NCBI GenBank assembly: GCA_963727505.1
Contig: CAVSGP010000004.1
Coordinates: 640,001 to 704,000 of the forward strand
DNA length: 64,000 nucleotides
Source of the DNA: an uncultured Trueperaceae bacterium
GTDB taxonomy: Bacteria; Deinococcota; Deinococci; Deinococcales; Trueperaceae
Reading direction: 5' to 3'
Positions 1 to 10,040 of the stretch are shown in pieces (positions within the stretch are counted from its first letter, which is position 1; the number at the start of each line of letters is the position of its first letter). Below the pieces are notes generated by a model. That model saw nothing but the letters and a program-made list of their open reading frames with translations. It ran no database searches and had not been told where the DNA came from. The position numbers and the translations under genes are program-made.

Positions 1-2
1 GC

Positions 3-629
3 TGCGTCGCGCTGGCGACCGGCTACTTCGACAACCCCAAGTCGCTGGGCGTGCCGGGCGAGGACCTGCCGAACGTCAGCCACTACTACAGCGAGGCGCA
101 CCCGTTCTTCGAGCGCAACGTAACCATCGTCGGCGCCGGCAGCTCAGCCGCAGACGCCGCGCTCGACCTGTTCCGGAGCGGCGCGCACGTGACCATGGTG
201 CATCGCGGCGCCGACTTCCGGCACAGCCTCAAGTACTGGATCCGCCCCAACCTCGAGAACCGCGTCAAGGAGGGCTCGATCGACGTCCACTTCGAGACCG
301 TGGTCCGCGAGATCCGGCCCGACCGGGTGGTGGTCGAGAAGCGGGGCGAGCGCCTCGACATCGCCACCGACCAGACCTTCCTGCTCACCGGCTACTACGC
401 CTCCCCCGACCTGCTTCGCTCGGCGGGCGTGACGCTCGACGATGCCACGTTCGCTGCCCGCCTCGATCCCGAGACCTTCGAGAGCGACGTCCCCGGTCTG
501 TTCGTGGTGGGATCCGCCGGCTTCGGCACGCGCACCAGCGACGTGTTCATCGAGAACGGCATCGTTCACGCACGCAAGGCGATGGCGGCCATCGCGCGGC
601 GGCTGCAGCGCGTCCCCAGCGTGGCCTGA
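3..629 (+). CDS. ypdA: YpdA-family putative bacillithiol disulfide reductase (5'-truncated by window edge)
   Basis: Frame open from base 3: ATGYFDNP..GVPGEDLPNVSHYYSEAHPF, VGAGSSAADAAL, SLKYWIRPNLENR, VFIENG, typical of YpdA TrxR-like proteins. Confidence 0.8.
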   Translation, partial: CVALATGYFDNPKSLGVPGEDLPNVSHYYSEAHPFFERNVTIVGAGSSAADAALDLFRSGAHVTMVHRGADFRHSLKYWIRPNLENRVKEGSIDVHFETVVREIRPDRVVVEKRGERLDIATDQTFLLTGYYASPDLLRSAGVTLDDATFAARLDPETFESDVPGLFVVGSAGFGTRTSDVFIENGIVHARKAMAAIARRLQRVPSVA

Positions 630-731
630 CCGGCACGGGCAGCTAGCGGGCGCCTGCGCCGAGCTCGCTGCGACGTCGGCGGCCGATCCCGGCCTTCTCG
701 CACGTAGACTGGTGCAAGGAGGCACGTGTTC

Positions 732-1292
732 ATGAGGAATCGGAACCAGGTCATCGGCATCATCCTGATCGTCGCCGGCATCCTCGTCGTGATGGGACGG
801 TTGGCCGGCGCCGACAGCATCGGCTGGCCGCTGTTCGTGCTGCTCCCGGGCATCGCGCTGCTGGTGTGGGCGTTCCTGGGGGGCGAGGAAGCGGCGACGC
901 TGGCCATCCCCGGCAGCATCGTGACCACCATCGGCCTGATCCTGTTCGTGCAGAACCTCGGCGACTACTTCCAGTCATGGTCCTACGCCTGGGGACTGAT
1001 CGTATCCGGAGTCGGCTTCGGGATCTTCCTGCAGGGTGCCCTCACGGCCGATCACGACCGTGAACGCGAGGGCATGCGCGTCGTCACCGTCGGCCTCGCA
1101 CTCTTCGCCGCCTTCGGCGCCTTCTTCGAGTTCTTCATCTTCGACAACTGGGCGGGGAGTTGGGTCGGCCGCTGGCTGCTTCCGCTGGCCCTCATCGCAG
1201 CTGGACTGGTGCTCTGGGCCCGCCGGGGTAGCGACGGCAGCGGCGACCGCAACGGCAGCAGCGACGCCAGCGGCGACCGCACCGGGCCGTGA
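732..1292 (+). CDS. Multi-pass membrane protein (LiaF/DUF5668-like)
   Basis: About 6 hydrophobic segments, GIILIVAG...WPLFVLLPG pattern; SD AAGGAGG at 716-722. Confidence 0.6.
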   Translation: MRNRNQVIGIILIVAGILVVMGRLAGADSIGWPLFVLLPGIALLVWAFLGGEEAATLAIPGSIVTTIGLILFVQNLGDYFQSWSYAWGLIVSGVGFGIFLQGALTADHDREREGMRVVTVGLALFAAFGAFFEFFIFDNWAGSWVGRWLLPLALIAAGLVLWARRGSDGSGDRNGSSDASGDRTGP

Positions 1293-2308
1293 AGCAGGGC
1301 AGCTCCCGGCGCGATCTCCTGCCCGTCCTGCTGATCGCGGTCGGCATCCTGTGGCTACTGTTCCAGACCGGCTTCGTGCCGCCGCGGGTGCTCTCGGCGC
1401 TGGCGTTCTACTGGCCCCTGTTGCTGATCGGCATCGGGCTCGACCTGCTGCGCGTGCGGCGCCCCTGGGCCGTTCCCTACACGGGGCTGGCGGTCATCGT
1501 CGTGGTGCTGGTCGCCGTCCTGGTCCCGCAGACGGACGCCGGCCAGTCGGTGACGCGCTTCCGCGAACCGGTGGGCGCCGCACGCAGCGCCAGCGTCCGC
1601 CTGGAGCTGTCGAGCGCGCCGACCCACGTCTTCGCTGCGCCCGACGGCGCCGCCCTGCTCGACGCCGAGACTCGCGGGCGGCCTGGCGCAGCGTTCGACG
1701 TGCGCGGCGATCGCGACAAGACGGTCACCGTCCGCGCGCAGAACCGCGGGGCCTGGGTCTTCACCCCCGTGGGCAGCAGCCGCTGGGACCTCGGCCTCGG
1801 CCGCAGCCTCCCGCTCGACCTGACGGTCGACGGCGGCTCGGGCGGTGCGACCCTCGATCTCGACGGCCTGCAGCTCGCCGCGCTCCGGACCGACGTCGGA
1901 TCCGGCTCGGTGACGTTGAGCCTGCCCGGCCAGGTCGAGAGCTATCGCGCCAGCGTCGACGGCGGTAGCGGCGCCACACGCATCACCGTACCTTCCGATA
2001 CATCGCTGGAACTCGCCCTCGATACCGGCTCGGGAGCGACGCATCTGGCGCTTCCGCCCAGCGGCCGGGTGCGTGTGACACTGCGCTCCGGTAGCGGCCC
2101 CGTGACCATCGACGTACCCGACGGGGCGGCCGTGCGGCTGGAGGTCCAGGACGACGGTTCCGGCTCGTTGCGGGTGGCGCCCAGCCTGACGCGGCAGAGC
2201 GGCTCCGGCGACACCGGCGCGTGGGAAGCGCGAGGCGCGACGGGCACACCCGGGGAGATCCTGATCATGGTGGCGAGGGCAGGGTCGGGCAGCATCACAA
2301 TCCGCTGA
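1289..2308 (+). CDS. DUF5668-like membrane anchor plus DUF4097/toast-rack-like beta-repeat protein
   Basis: N-terminal TMs with YWPLLLIGIG; repeated xDxGSGxxxL beta units; GTGA overlap with upstream gene. Confidence 0.6.
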   Translation: MKQGSSRRDLLPVLLIAVGILWLLFQTGFVPPRVLSALAFYWPLLLIGIGLDLLRVRRPWAVPYTGLAVIVVVLVAVLVPQTDAGQSVTRFREPVGAARSASVRLELSSAPTHVFAAPDGAALLDAETRGRPGAAFDVRGDRDKTVTVRAQNRGAWVFTPVGSSRWDLGLGRSLPLDLTVDGGSGGATLDLDGLQLAALRTDVGSGSVTLSLPGQVESYRASVDGGSGATRITVPSDTSLELALDTGSGATHLALPPSGRVRVTLRSGSGPVTIDVPDGAAVRLEVQDDGSGSLRVAPSLTRQSGSGDTGAWEARGATGTPGEILIMVARAGSGSITIR

Positions 2309-2337
2309 CGAAGGCGGCCGGCGTTATGCTGGCCGCC

Positions 2338-3387
2338 ATGGCACTCGACCTTTCCTTCCTCCGGGAGCTGACCTCCGCGGCTGGCACGTCGGGCTTCGAG
2401 GCCCGGCCCGCCGCGGTCTGGCGCTCGCGCGCCGAGACCGCGGGCGCCGCACTCGCCACGGACGCCTACGGCAACGTCTTCGCCACCTTCCGGCCCGGCC
2501 GCAAGCCGCGCGTGATGCTCGCCGGACACATCGATGAGATCGGACTCATCGTCAGCTACATCGACGAGAACGGCTTGCTCTACGTGCGCCCGGTCGGCGG
2601 TTGGGATCCGATGCAGCTCGTCGGACAACGCGTCCGCGTCCTCGGCCATGGGGGCGACGTGCTGGGGGTCATCGGCAAGAAGGCCATCCACCTGATGAGC
2701 GCCGAGGACCGCCGCAAGGTGCCCAGCATGGATGACCTGTGGATCGACATCGGAGCCACCAACCGCGAGGAGACCGCTTCCCTCGTGCGGGCCGGTGACA
2801 CCGCGGTCATCGAGCAGCCGTTCGTAGAGCTGCTCAACGGCCGCGTTGCGAGCCGCGCCATCGACGACCGCATCGGCGCCTACGTGGCGCTGGAAGCGGC
2901 CCGGCGCGCCGGCGGCTCCGCCGAAGTCGTGGCCGTCGCGACCGTGCAGGAGGAGATCGGCGGGGTCGGCGCGCGCGCCGCGGCGTTCGCGCTCGAACCC
3001 GACGTCGCCATCGCCATCGACGTCACCCACGCCATCGACACGCCCGGACTGGAGAAGAAGCTCCACGGCGACGTGCCGCTCGGCGGCGGTCCGGTACTGA
3101 CGGCCGGTTCCTACGTGCACCGCGCCGTGATGGAGGGCCTGCGCGCGACCGCCGAACGCGAGGGCATCCCGGTGAGTGTCGGCGTGTCCCCCCGGCGCAC
3201 GGCCACCGACGCCGACCACATCGCTCCGGCGCGCGCGGGTACGCCCAGCGCGGTGGTATCGATCCCGAACCGCTACATGCACTCGCCCAACGAGATGGTC
3301 GACCTAGCGGACGTGGAGCGCACCATCGACCTGCTGGCCGCCTTCATCGGCAGCCTCGCCGAGGACACGCGCTTCCTGCATACCTGA
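2338..3387 (+). CDS. M42 family aminopeptidase
   Basis: GHIDEIG, DDRIG, VQEEIG, IDVT, RYMHS motifs; TATGCT -10 lies 7 nt before ATG. Confidence 0.9.
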   Translation: MALDLSFLRELTSAAGTSGFEARPAAVWRSRAETAGAALATDAYGNVFATFRPGRKPRVMLAGHIDEIGLIVSYIDENGLLYVRPVGGWDPMQLVGQRVRVLGHGGDVLGVIGKKAIHLMSAEDRRKVPSMDDLWIDIGATNREETASLVRAGDTAVIEQPFVELLNGRVASRAIDDRIGAYVALEAARRAGGSAEVVAVATVQEEIGGVGARAAAFALEPDVAIAIDVTHAIDTPGLEKKLHGDVPLGGGPVLTAGSYVHRAVMEGLRATAEREGIPVSVGVSPRRTATDADHIAPARAGTPSAVVSIPNRYMHSPNEMVDLADVERTIDLLAAFIGSLAEDTRFLHT

Positions 3388-3401
3388 GTGTCGGCCGGGG
3401 A

Positions 3402-3893
3402 TCACCGACCGCCCGCGAATCCCGTTTCCGCCCACGCCAGATAGAGGGCGGCCGCCACCGCCGCCGACAGGTTGAGTGAGCGCGCGCCCGGCCGCATCGG
3501 CAGGCGCAGCGGCGCGGCCTCGGCGAGAACCGCGGCGGGAAGGCCGCGCGACTCCGGCCCGAACAGCAGCAGCAGGTCCCCCGGGGTGGCGGCCAGGGCG
3601 AGCGGCGAGGGCCCTGAAGCCGGCCCGGGCGACGCCCCCCGCGTCGACAGGGCGAGGACGCGTCCCTGCCCGAACAGAGGATCGAGCGCCGCTCGGAAGG
3701 CCGGGTAGCCGGCATGCACCTGAACGTCGGCCTGCTCCCAGTAGTCCATGCCGGCACGGCGCAGCGCTGCGGCGTTAAGACGGAAGCCCAGCGGGCGGAT
3801 GAGGTGCAGGCGGCTCCCCACCGCAAGGCAGGTCCGCGCGATCTGTCCGGTGTTGCCAGCGATCTCGGGCTCGAGCAGCGCCACGTGGAGCAC
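3402..3893 (-). CDS. trmL: tRNA (cytidine(34)-2'-O)-methyltransferase
   Basis: PEIAGNTGQIARTC, LRRAGMDYW, FGPESRGLP, RSLNLS SPOUT motifs. Confidence 0.9.
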   Translation of the reverse strand: MLHVALLEPEIAGNTGQIARTCLAVGSRLHLIRPLGFRLNAAALRRAGMDYWEQADVQVHAGYPAFRAALDPLFGQGRVLALSTRGASPGPASGPSPLALAATPGDLLLLFGPESRGLPAAVLAEAAPLRLPMRPGARSLNLSAAVAAALYLAWAETGFAGGR

Positions 3894-3963
3894 GGCGCCA
3901 GTGTGACACGCCGCCTCGCTGCCGGGCGCGGCACCCGGCAGCCGCTACACTGACCCCAGGACC

Positions 3964-6450
3964 ATGCGGCTCATCGTCACCCACGAGCAGCCCGATTTCG
4001 ACGCCCTGGCCAGTCTGGCCCTGGCCCGGTTGCTCTTCCCCAACGCCACCGCGACCATTCAGGGCGCGTTGAGCCCCGGCCTCGCGGACTTCCTGAGGCT
4101 CTACCGGGACCAGCTCGAGCTCGCCGATCCGCAGGCCATCGATCTCGACGCCGTCACCGAGCTCATCGTGGTCGACACCGCGGACGCCAGCCGCATCCGG
4201 CCCTTCGATCGCCTGGTCGGGGCGGTCCCGACGACCCTCTACGACCACCATCCGCCGCCCGCCGTCCCGATGCCGGCCGCACGCGGCTTGCGCGAGCAGG
4301 TGGGCGCCACCGCCACCCTGCTCACCCGCGAGCTGATGGCCACCGGCATCGTCATCCCACCGCCGATCGCCAGCCTGGCGCTCCTGGGCATCCACGAGGA
4401 CACCGGCAATCTCAGCTACGACCTGACCCGACCCGACGACTACCGCGCCGCCGCTCACCTGTTGGCCTGCGGCGCCAGCCTCCAACTCGTCCGGCGTTTC
4501 ACCGTCGACGCGACGTCACCGGAGCATCACGCCTTCCGGGAGGCCATGCTCGACGCCGCGCGTCCCGTGGCGGTAGCCGGCCGCCGCGTCAGTGTCGCGG
4601 CCTTCGAGTACCCGCGCTACGTCGCCGGTGTGTCGGGGCTCGCCAACGACCTCCTCGAGCTCCACCGTGCCGACGCCGCGATCGTCGCCGTACGCATGGA
4701 GGGCAAGACGCTCGTCTTCGCCCGCGCCACGGAGCGCTTCGACGTCGCATCGGCCCTTCACGAAGCCCTCGGCGGCGCGGGCCATCCGGGCGCCGCGTAC
4801 GCCAAGGCTGACCTCGACCCCCTGGAGGCGGCGCAGCGCGTACTGGACGCGCTCGCAGCGCACACCACCCCGGTCATGACCGCGGCGGACCTGATGAGCA
4901 CCCCCGTCAAGACGGTGCGCGAGAGCGTGACGGTGGCCGAGGCCCAGCAGCAGCTGCTGCTCTACGGCCACAACGGCATGCCGGTGGTGAGCGACGACGG
5001 CGCCCTCGCAGGCGTGGTGTCGCGTCGCGACCTGGAGCGTGCCCTGCGGCACGGCCTGGGCCGCAGCCGAGTCTCCGGGTTCATGAGCCGCAACGTTGTC
5101 AGCGCCGGGCGCGATGCGGTCCTGACCGAGCTCGAGGGGCTGGTGCTGCGCCACAACATCGGCCGCATCCCGATCCTGGACGGCGACACGCTCGTCGGCA
5201 TCGTCACCCGCACCGACCTCATCGCCTCGCGCCACAAGCGGCCCAGCTCCGAGGACCCCGCCCGCGCGCTGCTCGGACGACTCCCTCCCAGCGCCCAGAG
5301 GGCGCTGAAGGCGGCCCGCTCGGTGGCTGGCGACGCCTCGCTCTACCTCGTCGGTGGCACCGTGCGCGACGCCCTGCTCGGCGCCGGCTTCAAGGACCTC
5401 GACCTCGCGGTCGAGGGGGGTACCGCCGAACGCCTGGGCACCCGGCTGAACGCACGTCTGGGCGGCACCCTGTCGTGCCACGTACCGTTCGGGACCTGTA
5501 CCCTCACACTGGACGACGGCCTGGTCATCGACCTGGCGACGGCGCGCGAGGAGACCTACGACCACCCCGGCGCGCTGCCGGTCGTCACGCCCAGCACGGT
5601 CCGCAAGGACCTGTCCCGGCGCGACTTCACGGTCAACGCCCTGGCACTGCGCTTCCACCCCGAACCGCCGGAGCTGATCGATCCCTACGGCGGTGCAGAC
5701 GACCTGCGTGCCAAGCAATTGCGCGTGCTGCACCCGCTTTCGTTCATCGAGGACCCGACCCGGGTGTTGCGCGGGGCACGGCTGGCCGGTCGCCTCGGCT
5801 TCCACTTCGAGCCCGCCACCGCCGAACGGGCGCACGACGCGCTCGACCCCGCCATCGTCCGCAACGTCAGCGGCGGACGGCTGCGGGGCGAGCTGGAGCT
5901 CACGCTGGCCGAGCCGCGGGTGGCCTCTGCGCTGCGCAGCCTGGAGGAGGTCGGGGGCCTGCAGGCGCTGTTCGGGCTGCAGTCGGACGCGTCGCTGTTG
6001 CAGGCGCTCGACCGGCAGCGCCACGACCGCGACGTACCCGATGAGGCCTACCTGCTGGCGCTGCTCCTTGCAAGCGACGACGCGGCCGCCGCGGCCCATC
6101 TCGAGGCCTTCCACTGGCCCCGCCGCTACGGCCAGTTGCGCGATCGTCTGCGGGTCATGCTGCGCGCCGAGCCTGTGCGCGACGAGGATCTCGAGGGGCT
6201 CGATGAAGCGGCGCGCGTCGTCCTGCGCTGCCTCTCCCCCGACCTCGCCGCCCGTCTGACACGGCTCGAAGAGGGCCCGCCCCGACGGCGGCTGCGCGGC
6301 AGGGACGTGTTAGACTTGGGCTTGGCGCCTGGACCGGCCGTGGGACGCATTCTCGACGAAGTTGCGCGTGCCCGCGCCGACCAACGCGTGCGGACCTTCG
6401 AAGACGAGGTCGAGATGGCCAGGCAGCTCGTTCACGAGCTGCAGACGTGA
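3964..6450 (+). CDS. DHH-CBS-fused class II tRNA nucleotidyltransferase (probably A-adding type)
   Basis: DFDALAS/YDHH/GHPGAA (DHH-DHHA1), two CBS domains, VGGTVRD..DLD, RRDFTVNAL, EDPTRVLRG. Confidence 0.85.
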   Translation: MRLIVTHEQPDFDALASLALARLLFPNATATIQGALSPGLADFLRLYRDQLELADPQAIDLDAVTELIVVDTADASRIRPFDRLVGAVPTTLYDHHPPPAVPMPAARGLREQVGATATLLTRELMATGIVIPPPIASLALLGIHEDTGNLSYDLTRPDDYRAAAHLLACGASLQLVRRFTVDATSPEHHAFREAMLDAARPVAVAGRRVSVAAFEYPRYVAGVSGLANDLLELHRADAAIVAVRMEGKTLVFARATERFDVASALHEALGGAGHPGAAYAKADLDPLEAAQRVLDALAAHTTPVMTAADLMSTPVKTVRESVTVAEAQQQLLLYGHNGMPVVSDDGALAGVVSRRDLERALRHGLGRSRVSGFMSRNVVSAGRDAVLTELEGLVLRHNIGRIPILDGDTLVGIVTRTDLIASRHKRPSSEDPARALLGRLPPSAQRALKAARSVAGDASLYLVGGTVRDALLGAGFKDLDLAVEGGTAERLGTRLNARLGGTLSCHVPFGTCTLTLDDGLVIDLATAREETYDHPGALPVVTPSTVRKDLSRRDFTVNALALRFHPEPPELIDPYGGADDLRAKQLRVLHPLSFIEDPTRVLRGARLAGRLGFHFEPATAERAHDALDPAIVRNVSGGRLRGELELTLAEPRVASALRSLEEVGGLQALFGLQSDASLLQALDRQRHDRDVPDEAYLLALLLASDDAAAAAHLEAFHWPRRYGQLRDRLRVMLRAEPVRDEDLEGLDEAARVVLRCLSPDLAARLTRLEEGPPRRRLRGRDVLDLGLAPGPAVGRILDEVARARADQRVRTFEDEVEMARQLVHELQT

Positions 6451-6471
6451 GGAAGCTGCCGGGAGCTTGCC

Positions 6472-7104
6472 ATGATCCTGAGGTACTACAACGACCCCAC
6501 CGTTCTGGTGATCAGTGCCGTCGTCATGGTGATGGCGCTGATCTTCCACAACATCGTGCAGAGCTTCGTGGCGGCGCGGTTCGGCGACAGCACGCCGCGC
6601 TTCTCGGGCTTCACGGCCTTCGACCCCCAGCGCCACCTCGATCCCTTCGGCGTGCTGTTCCTGTTCTTGCTCGGCTTCGGATGGCCCAATGCGGTGCCGG
6701 TCAACAGCCGCAACTACCGGGGACGGGGACGCCAGGAGGCCTTGGTGTGGCTTTCTGGCATCGCCGCCTACCTGCTGGTGGGGTTCCTCAGCCTCGCCGC
6801 ATCGGTAGCGTTCGTGGGGCTCGGCCAGGCGCATCTCGCGATCGCGTTCCAGGCCGCCGCCGCGTACGCGGTGGTGCACGCCGTCATCAACCTGTTTCCG
6901 GTGTTACCGCTCGACATGGCGCATGCGGCGCTGGCGTGGGGCAATCCCGACGTGCGGCGGATCATCCAGCAGATCGCCGGCTTCGGCGTCCTGGGCTTCA
7001 TGGTGTTCTTCTTCATCCTGAGCTTCCTGGGAGTGATCAGCGGGTTGGTGCGGCTGTTCCTGCAGGTCTTTCTCAACATCATCGCAGCGCTGACCGGCCT
7101 CTGA
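6472..7104 (+). CDS. Site-2 protease (M50) family membrane protein lacking HExxH
   Basis: FGDSTPR...DPQRHLDPFG...GFGW...VPVN and NLFPVLPLD are present; HExxH position reads HNIVQ. Confidence 0.75.
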   Translation: MILRYYNDPTVLVISAVVMVMALIFHNIVQSFVAARFGDSTPRFSGFTAFDPQRHLDPFGVLFLFLLGFGWPNAVPVNSRNYRGRGRQEALVWLSGIAAYLLVGFLSLAASVAFVGLGQAHLAIAFQAAAAYAVVHAVINLFPVLPLDMAHAALAWGNPDVRRIIQQIAGFGVLGFMVFFFILSFLGVISGLVRLFLQVFLNIIAALTGL

Positions 7105-7153
7105 CCGGACCCTCTCCGCAACCGGACCGGCGTGCCATGGAGTTCGCAGTCGC

Positions 7154-9202
7154 TCAGCCCTGGACGCTCGGTTCAGGCTGCGAGCGACGCACGTCGACCA
7201 CCATCTGCACCACCGGCGCGTAGGTCTCGAACGCCTCCAGCAGCCGGCCCGCAGGATCGAACTTGCGGATGAGGTGGCCGCCGCGGCGCGCGGTGTAGAG
7301 GTAGCCCTCGTCGTCCACGCCGAGGTCGAGGATCGTGTCGGTGACCTCACCCTGGCGCGACTCCAGTGCGAACGACACCCCTACCTTGCCCTCCGCTGTC
7401 ACCTTGCGGACCTTGCCGGCAGCGGCGTCGCTGATGTAGAGGTTGCCGGCGCGGTCGAGCGTTACGCCGTCGAGCAAGCGCATACCAGGCTGGTCGGCGC
7501 CCAACTTGAACGCCCAGCGCGTCTGATAGCTGCCGTCGGGCGCCAGACGCTGCACCTGACGGTTGCCGAAGTCAAGAACGTAGAGGGCGCCGGCCGGGCC
7601 GACCACCAGCACGCGGGGGTCGTTGAAGGTCCCGTGCCCCTTGCCGCGGCCGCCGAAGCTGTCGAGGAACGCACCGTCGTTGCTGAAGTGCTGGACGAGG
7701 TGCGTTTCGCTGTCGAGCACGTACACGGTGTCGTCGGCGGCCACGGCCACCGACATCGGATACAGGAACTCGCCCGGTTTCATGCCGTAGGCGCCGAACG
7801 ACAGGAGCGGCTTCCCGTCCGGAGCGAGCTTGTGGATCATCCGGTGATCCTCCTGCCCGAGCCGGTACTCGAAGATCGCCGCGAAGAAGTTGCCCTGACT
7901 GTCCACGGACACCGATAGCGGCGCCGCCGAGAACGCCCCCGCGCCCACTCCGATGTCGCCGAGCGAGGTGTGCAGGTTGCCTTCGGGATCGAGGATGCGC
8001 AGGACCCCCTGGCGGGCGCTCACCGTCAGCACCAGGCGGCTGGGGAGGTTCAGGGGCTCGTCGTCGTCGAAGTCGGCCTTCTCGAGCGTGTCGTAGACCT
8101 CGTCCAGCGTCGGGCGCTCGTCCGGATCCTTGGCGATCATGCGCATCACCAGCTGGTCGAGCGCTTTGGGAACCTTCAGGTTGATCTGCCGAGGAGGCGG
8201 TGGGGTCTGGAAGATCTGCTGGTGGACGATCGCCTCGTAGCCGCCCTTGAAGGCTGTCTGGTTGGTCATCATCTCGTAGAACACCAGTCCCAGGCTGTAG
8301 ATGTCGCTGCGATGGTCGATCTTGAGCCCACGCGCTTGCTCCGGCGACATGTAGACCGGGGTGCCCACCCGCGCACCCGTCATGGTCAGGCGAGACAACA
8401 CCTTGCCCCCGGCGATGCCGAAGTCCATCAGCTTGACCGCCTCGGGTTGCACCCGCTGTTGTCCGTCGACCTCGCGCACGCCTCCGCGCAAGATCATGAT
8501 GTTGCCGGGTTTGATGTCGCGGTGGATGATGCCCGCTGAATGGATGTGCTGCAGGGCGCGTACCACGCGCTTCATGATGTCGACGTCGAGATCGAGGCCG
8601 AGTTCCTCGCCCTCGATGTACCCCTCGAGGCTACGTCCGTCGACGTATTCCATCACCATGTAGTGCTGGATGCCGATGCTGCCGTGCTCGTAGGTCTGCA
8701 CGATATTGACGTGGCTGAGGCGCTGCGCCACTTCCGCCTCGCGGTGGAAGCGACGGATGAACTTGGCGTCGGCGACGTACTGCTCCATGGGGATCTTCAG
8801 CGCGACGATCTGGTTGTCGGCCTTTCGCTTGGCCCGGTAGACGCTCGCCATGCCACCGGAGCCGACCTTCTCGAGCAGTTCGTAGCCCGGGATGTCCATG
8901 GCGTCGAAGCTGGACTGTACCCGCTTCTTGGCGCGCGCTGAGGCGCCTTGCGTGCGGTTGCGCCTGCGCTTGGGGGGAGCCACCCGGCTGCTGCGCAACG
9001 CCACCGTTCCGCCAGGCACCAGCAGCCCCAGCGCAAGCGCGTAGAGCAGCAGCGGCGAAACCGACCGAGCCAGACCACCCACCACCACGGCGCCCGCGCC
9101 GACGAGGAACGACAGCGCCAGCACCACCAGCACGATCCAGGTCGGCGCGCGCACGAGTAGCACGATGAGAATGGCGGCGATGGCGGCGAGCACGATCAGC
9201 AT
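7154..9202 (-). CDS. Membrane-anchored Hanks-type Ser/Thr kinase with C-terminal NHL-repeat beta-propeller
   Basis: GSGGMASVY, VALK, HRDIKPGN, DFGIA, GTPVYMSPE; NHL repeats (GEFLYPMSVAV, GTFNDPRVLVV); hydrophobic N-terminus. Confidence 0.9.
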   Translation of the reverse strand: MLIVLAAIAAILIVLLVRAPTWIVLVVLALSFLVGAGAVVVGGLARSVSPLLLYALALGLLVPGGTVALRSSRVAPPKRRRNRTQGASARAKKRVQSSFDAMDIPGYELLEKVGSGGMASVYRAKRKADNQIVALKIPMEQYVADAKFIRRFHREAEVAQRLSHVNIVQTYEHGSIGIQHYMVMEYVDGRSLEGYIEGEELGLDLDVDIMKRVVRALQHIHSAGIIHRDIKPGNIMILRGGVREVDGQQRVQPEAVKLMDFGIAGGKVLSRLTMTGARVGTPVYMSPEQARGLKIDHRSDIYSLGLVFYEMMTNQTAFKGGYEAIVHQQIFQTPPPPRQINLKVPKALDQLVMRMIAKDPDERPTLDEVYDTLEKADFDDDEPLNLPSRLVLTVSARQGVLRILDPEGNLHTSLGDIGVGAGAFSAAPLSVSVDSQGNFFAAIFEYRLGQEDHRMIHKLAPDGKPLLSFGAYGMKPGEFLYPMSVAVAADDTVYVLDSETHLVQHFSNDGAFLDSFGGRGKGHGTFNDPRVLVVGPAGALYVLDFGNRQVQRLAPDGSYQTRWAFKLGADQPGMRLLDGVTLDRAGNLYISDAAAGKVRKVTAEGKVGVSFALESRQGEVTDTILDLGVDDEGYLYTARRGGHLIRKFDPAGRLLEAFETYAPVVQMVVDVRRSQPEPSVQG

Positions 9203-9966
9203 CAGGCAACCTCGGCGATCACGAGCGTGATGTTGTCGGGTCCCCCGCGGTCGTTGGCCAGCGAGATGAGGTACTCCACGCTGAGCTGCCGGTTGGCGGT
9301 GCGCTTGATCTCGCCAAGGATCTCCTCGGGCTTCACCAGGCCGTGAAGGCCGTCGGTGGAGATGACGAACACGTCACCCGACTCGACGCCGATCTCGATG
9401 ACGTCGGGAGCGACCTGGGGGCGCGTTCCGAGTGCGCGGGTGATGAGGTTGCGCCACTCGTGCTGCTCCGCCTCGTCCTCGCTCAGGAGCCCCTTCTCGA
9501 GCTGCTCCTCGACCCAGGAGTGGTCCTTCGTGAGCTGGTAGATCTTGTTGCCGCGCACCATGTAGGCGCGCGAATCGCCGACATGCCCGACGTAGGCGCG
9601 GCGGCCGACCACCGCCACGCAGGTGAGCGTCGTCCCCATCCCGCGACGTCCCTGGTTCTTGATGGCCGCCGCGTAGACGCGACGGTTCGCCAGCCGCATC
9701 GCCTTCTCCGTCAGCTTGTCGATGCCGACCACCGGATTGCCGGCGCGAATCTCCTCCACGTACCGGCTGAAGGACTCGTCCAGCACCTCCATGGCGAGCT
9801 TGCTCGCCACTTCGCCGGCCGCAGCACCCCCCATCCCGTCTGCCACGGCAAGGAGCGTCAGCTCCCCGTCAGCGAGCGGGAACTGCCAGACACGATGATA
9901 GTCCTCGTTGAGGGGCCGGACGCGACCCACATCCGATCCGTGCCCCACGTTCTGTCCCAGCCGCAC
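9202..9966 (-). CDS. PP2C-family Ser/Thr phosphatase (Stp1/PrpC-like)
   Basis: GRVRPLNED, VADGMGG, GMGTT, HVGDSRAY, STDGL, GGPDNIT. Confidence 0.92.
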   Translation of the reverse strand: MRLGQNVGHGSDVGRVRPLNEDYHRVWQFPLADGELTLLAVADGMGGAAAGEVASKLAMEVLDESFSRYVEEIRAGNPVVGIDKLTEKAMRLANRRVYAAAIKNQGRRGMGTTLTCVAVVGRRAYVGHVGDSRAYMVRGNKIYQLTKDHSWVEEQLEKGLLSEDEAEQHEWRNLITRALGTRPQVAPDVIEIGVESGDVFVISTDGLHGLVKPEEILGEIKRTANRQLSVEYLISLANDRGGPDNITLVIAEVA

Positions 9967-10040
9967 GGCGTCAGTCTACCGCGACCGCTTCGGGGCCCGA
10001 ACGACAATTCCCACACATTCCGTCAGGCACGCGAGAGATG

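Noticed and set aside
1229..1282. Short GSDGSGDR-type repeat at a protein C-terminus
   Set aside because: Low-complexity tail with two degenerate copies; no evident function
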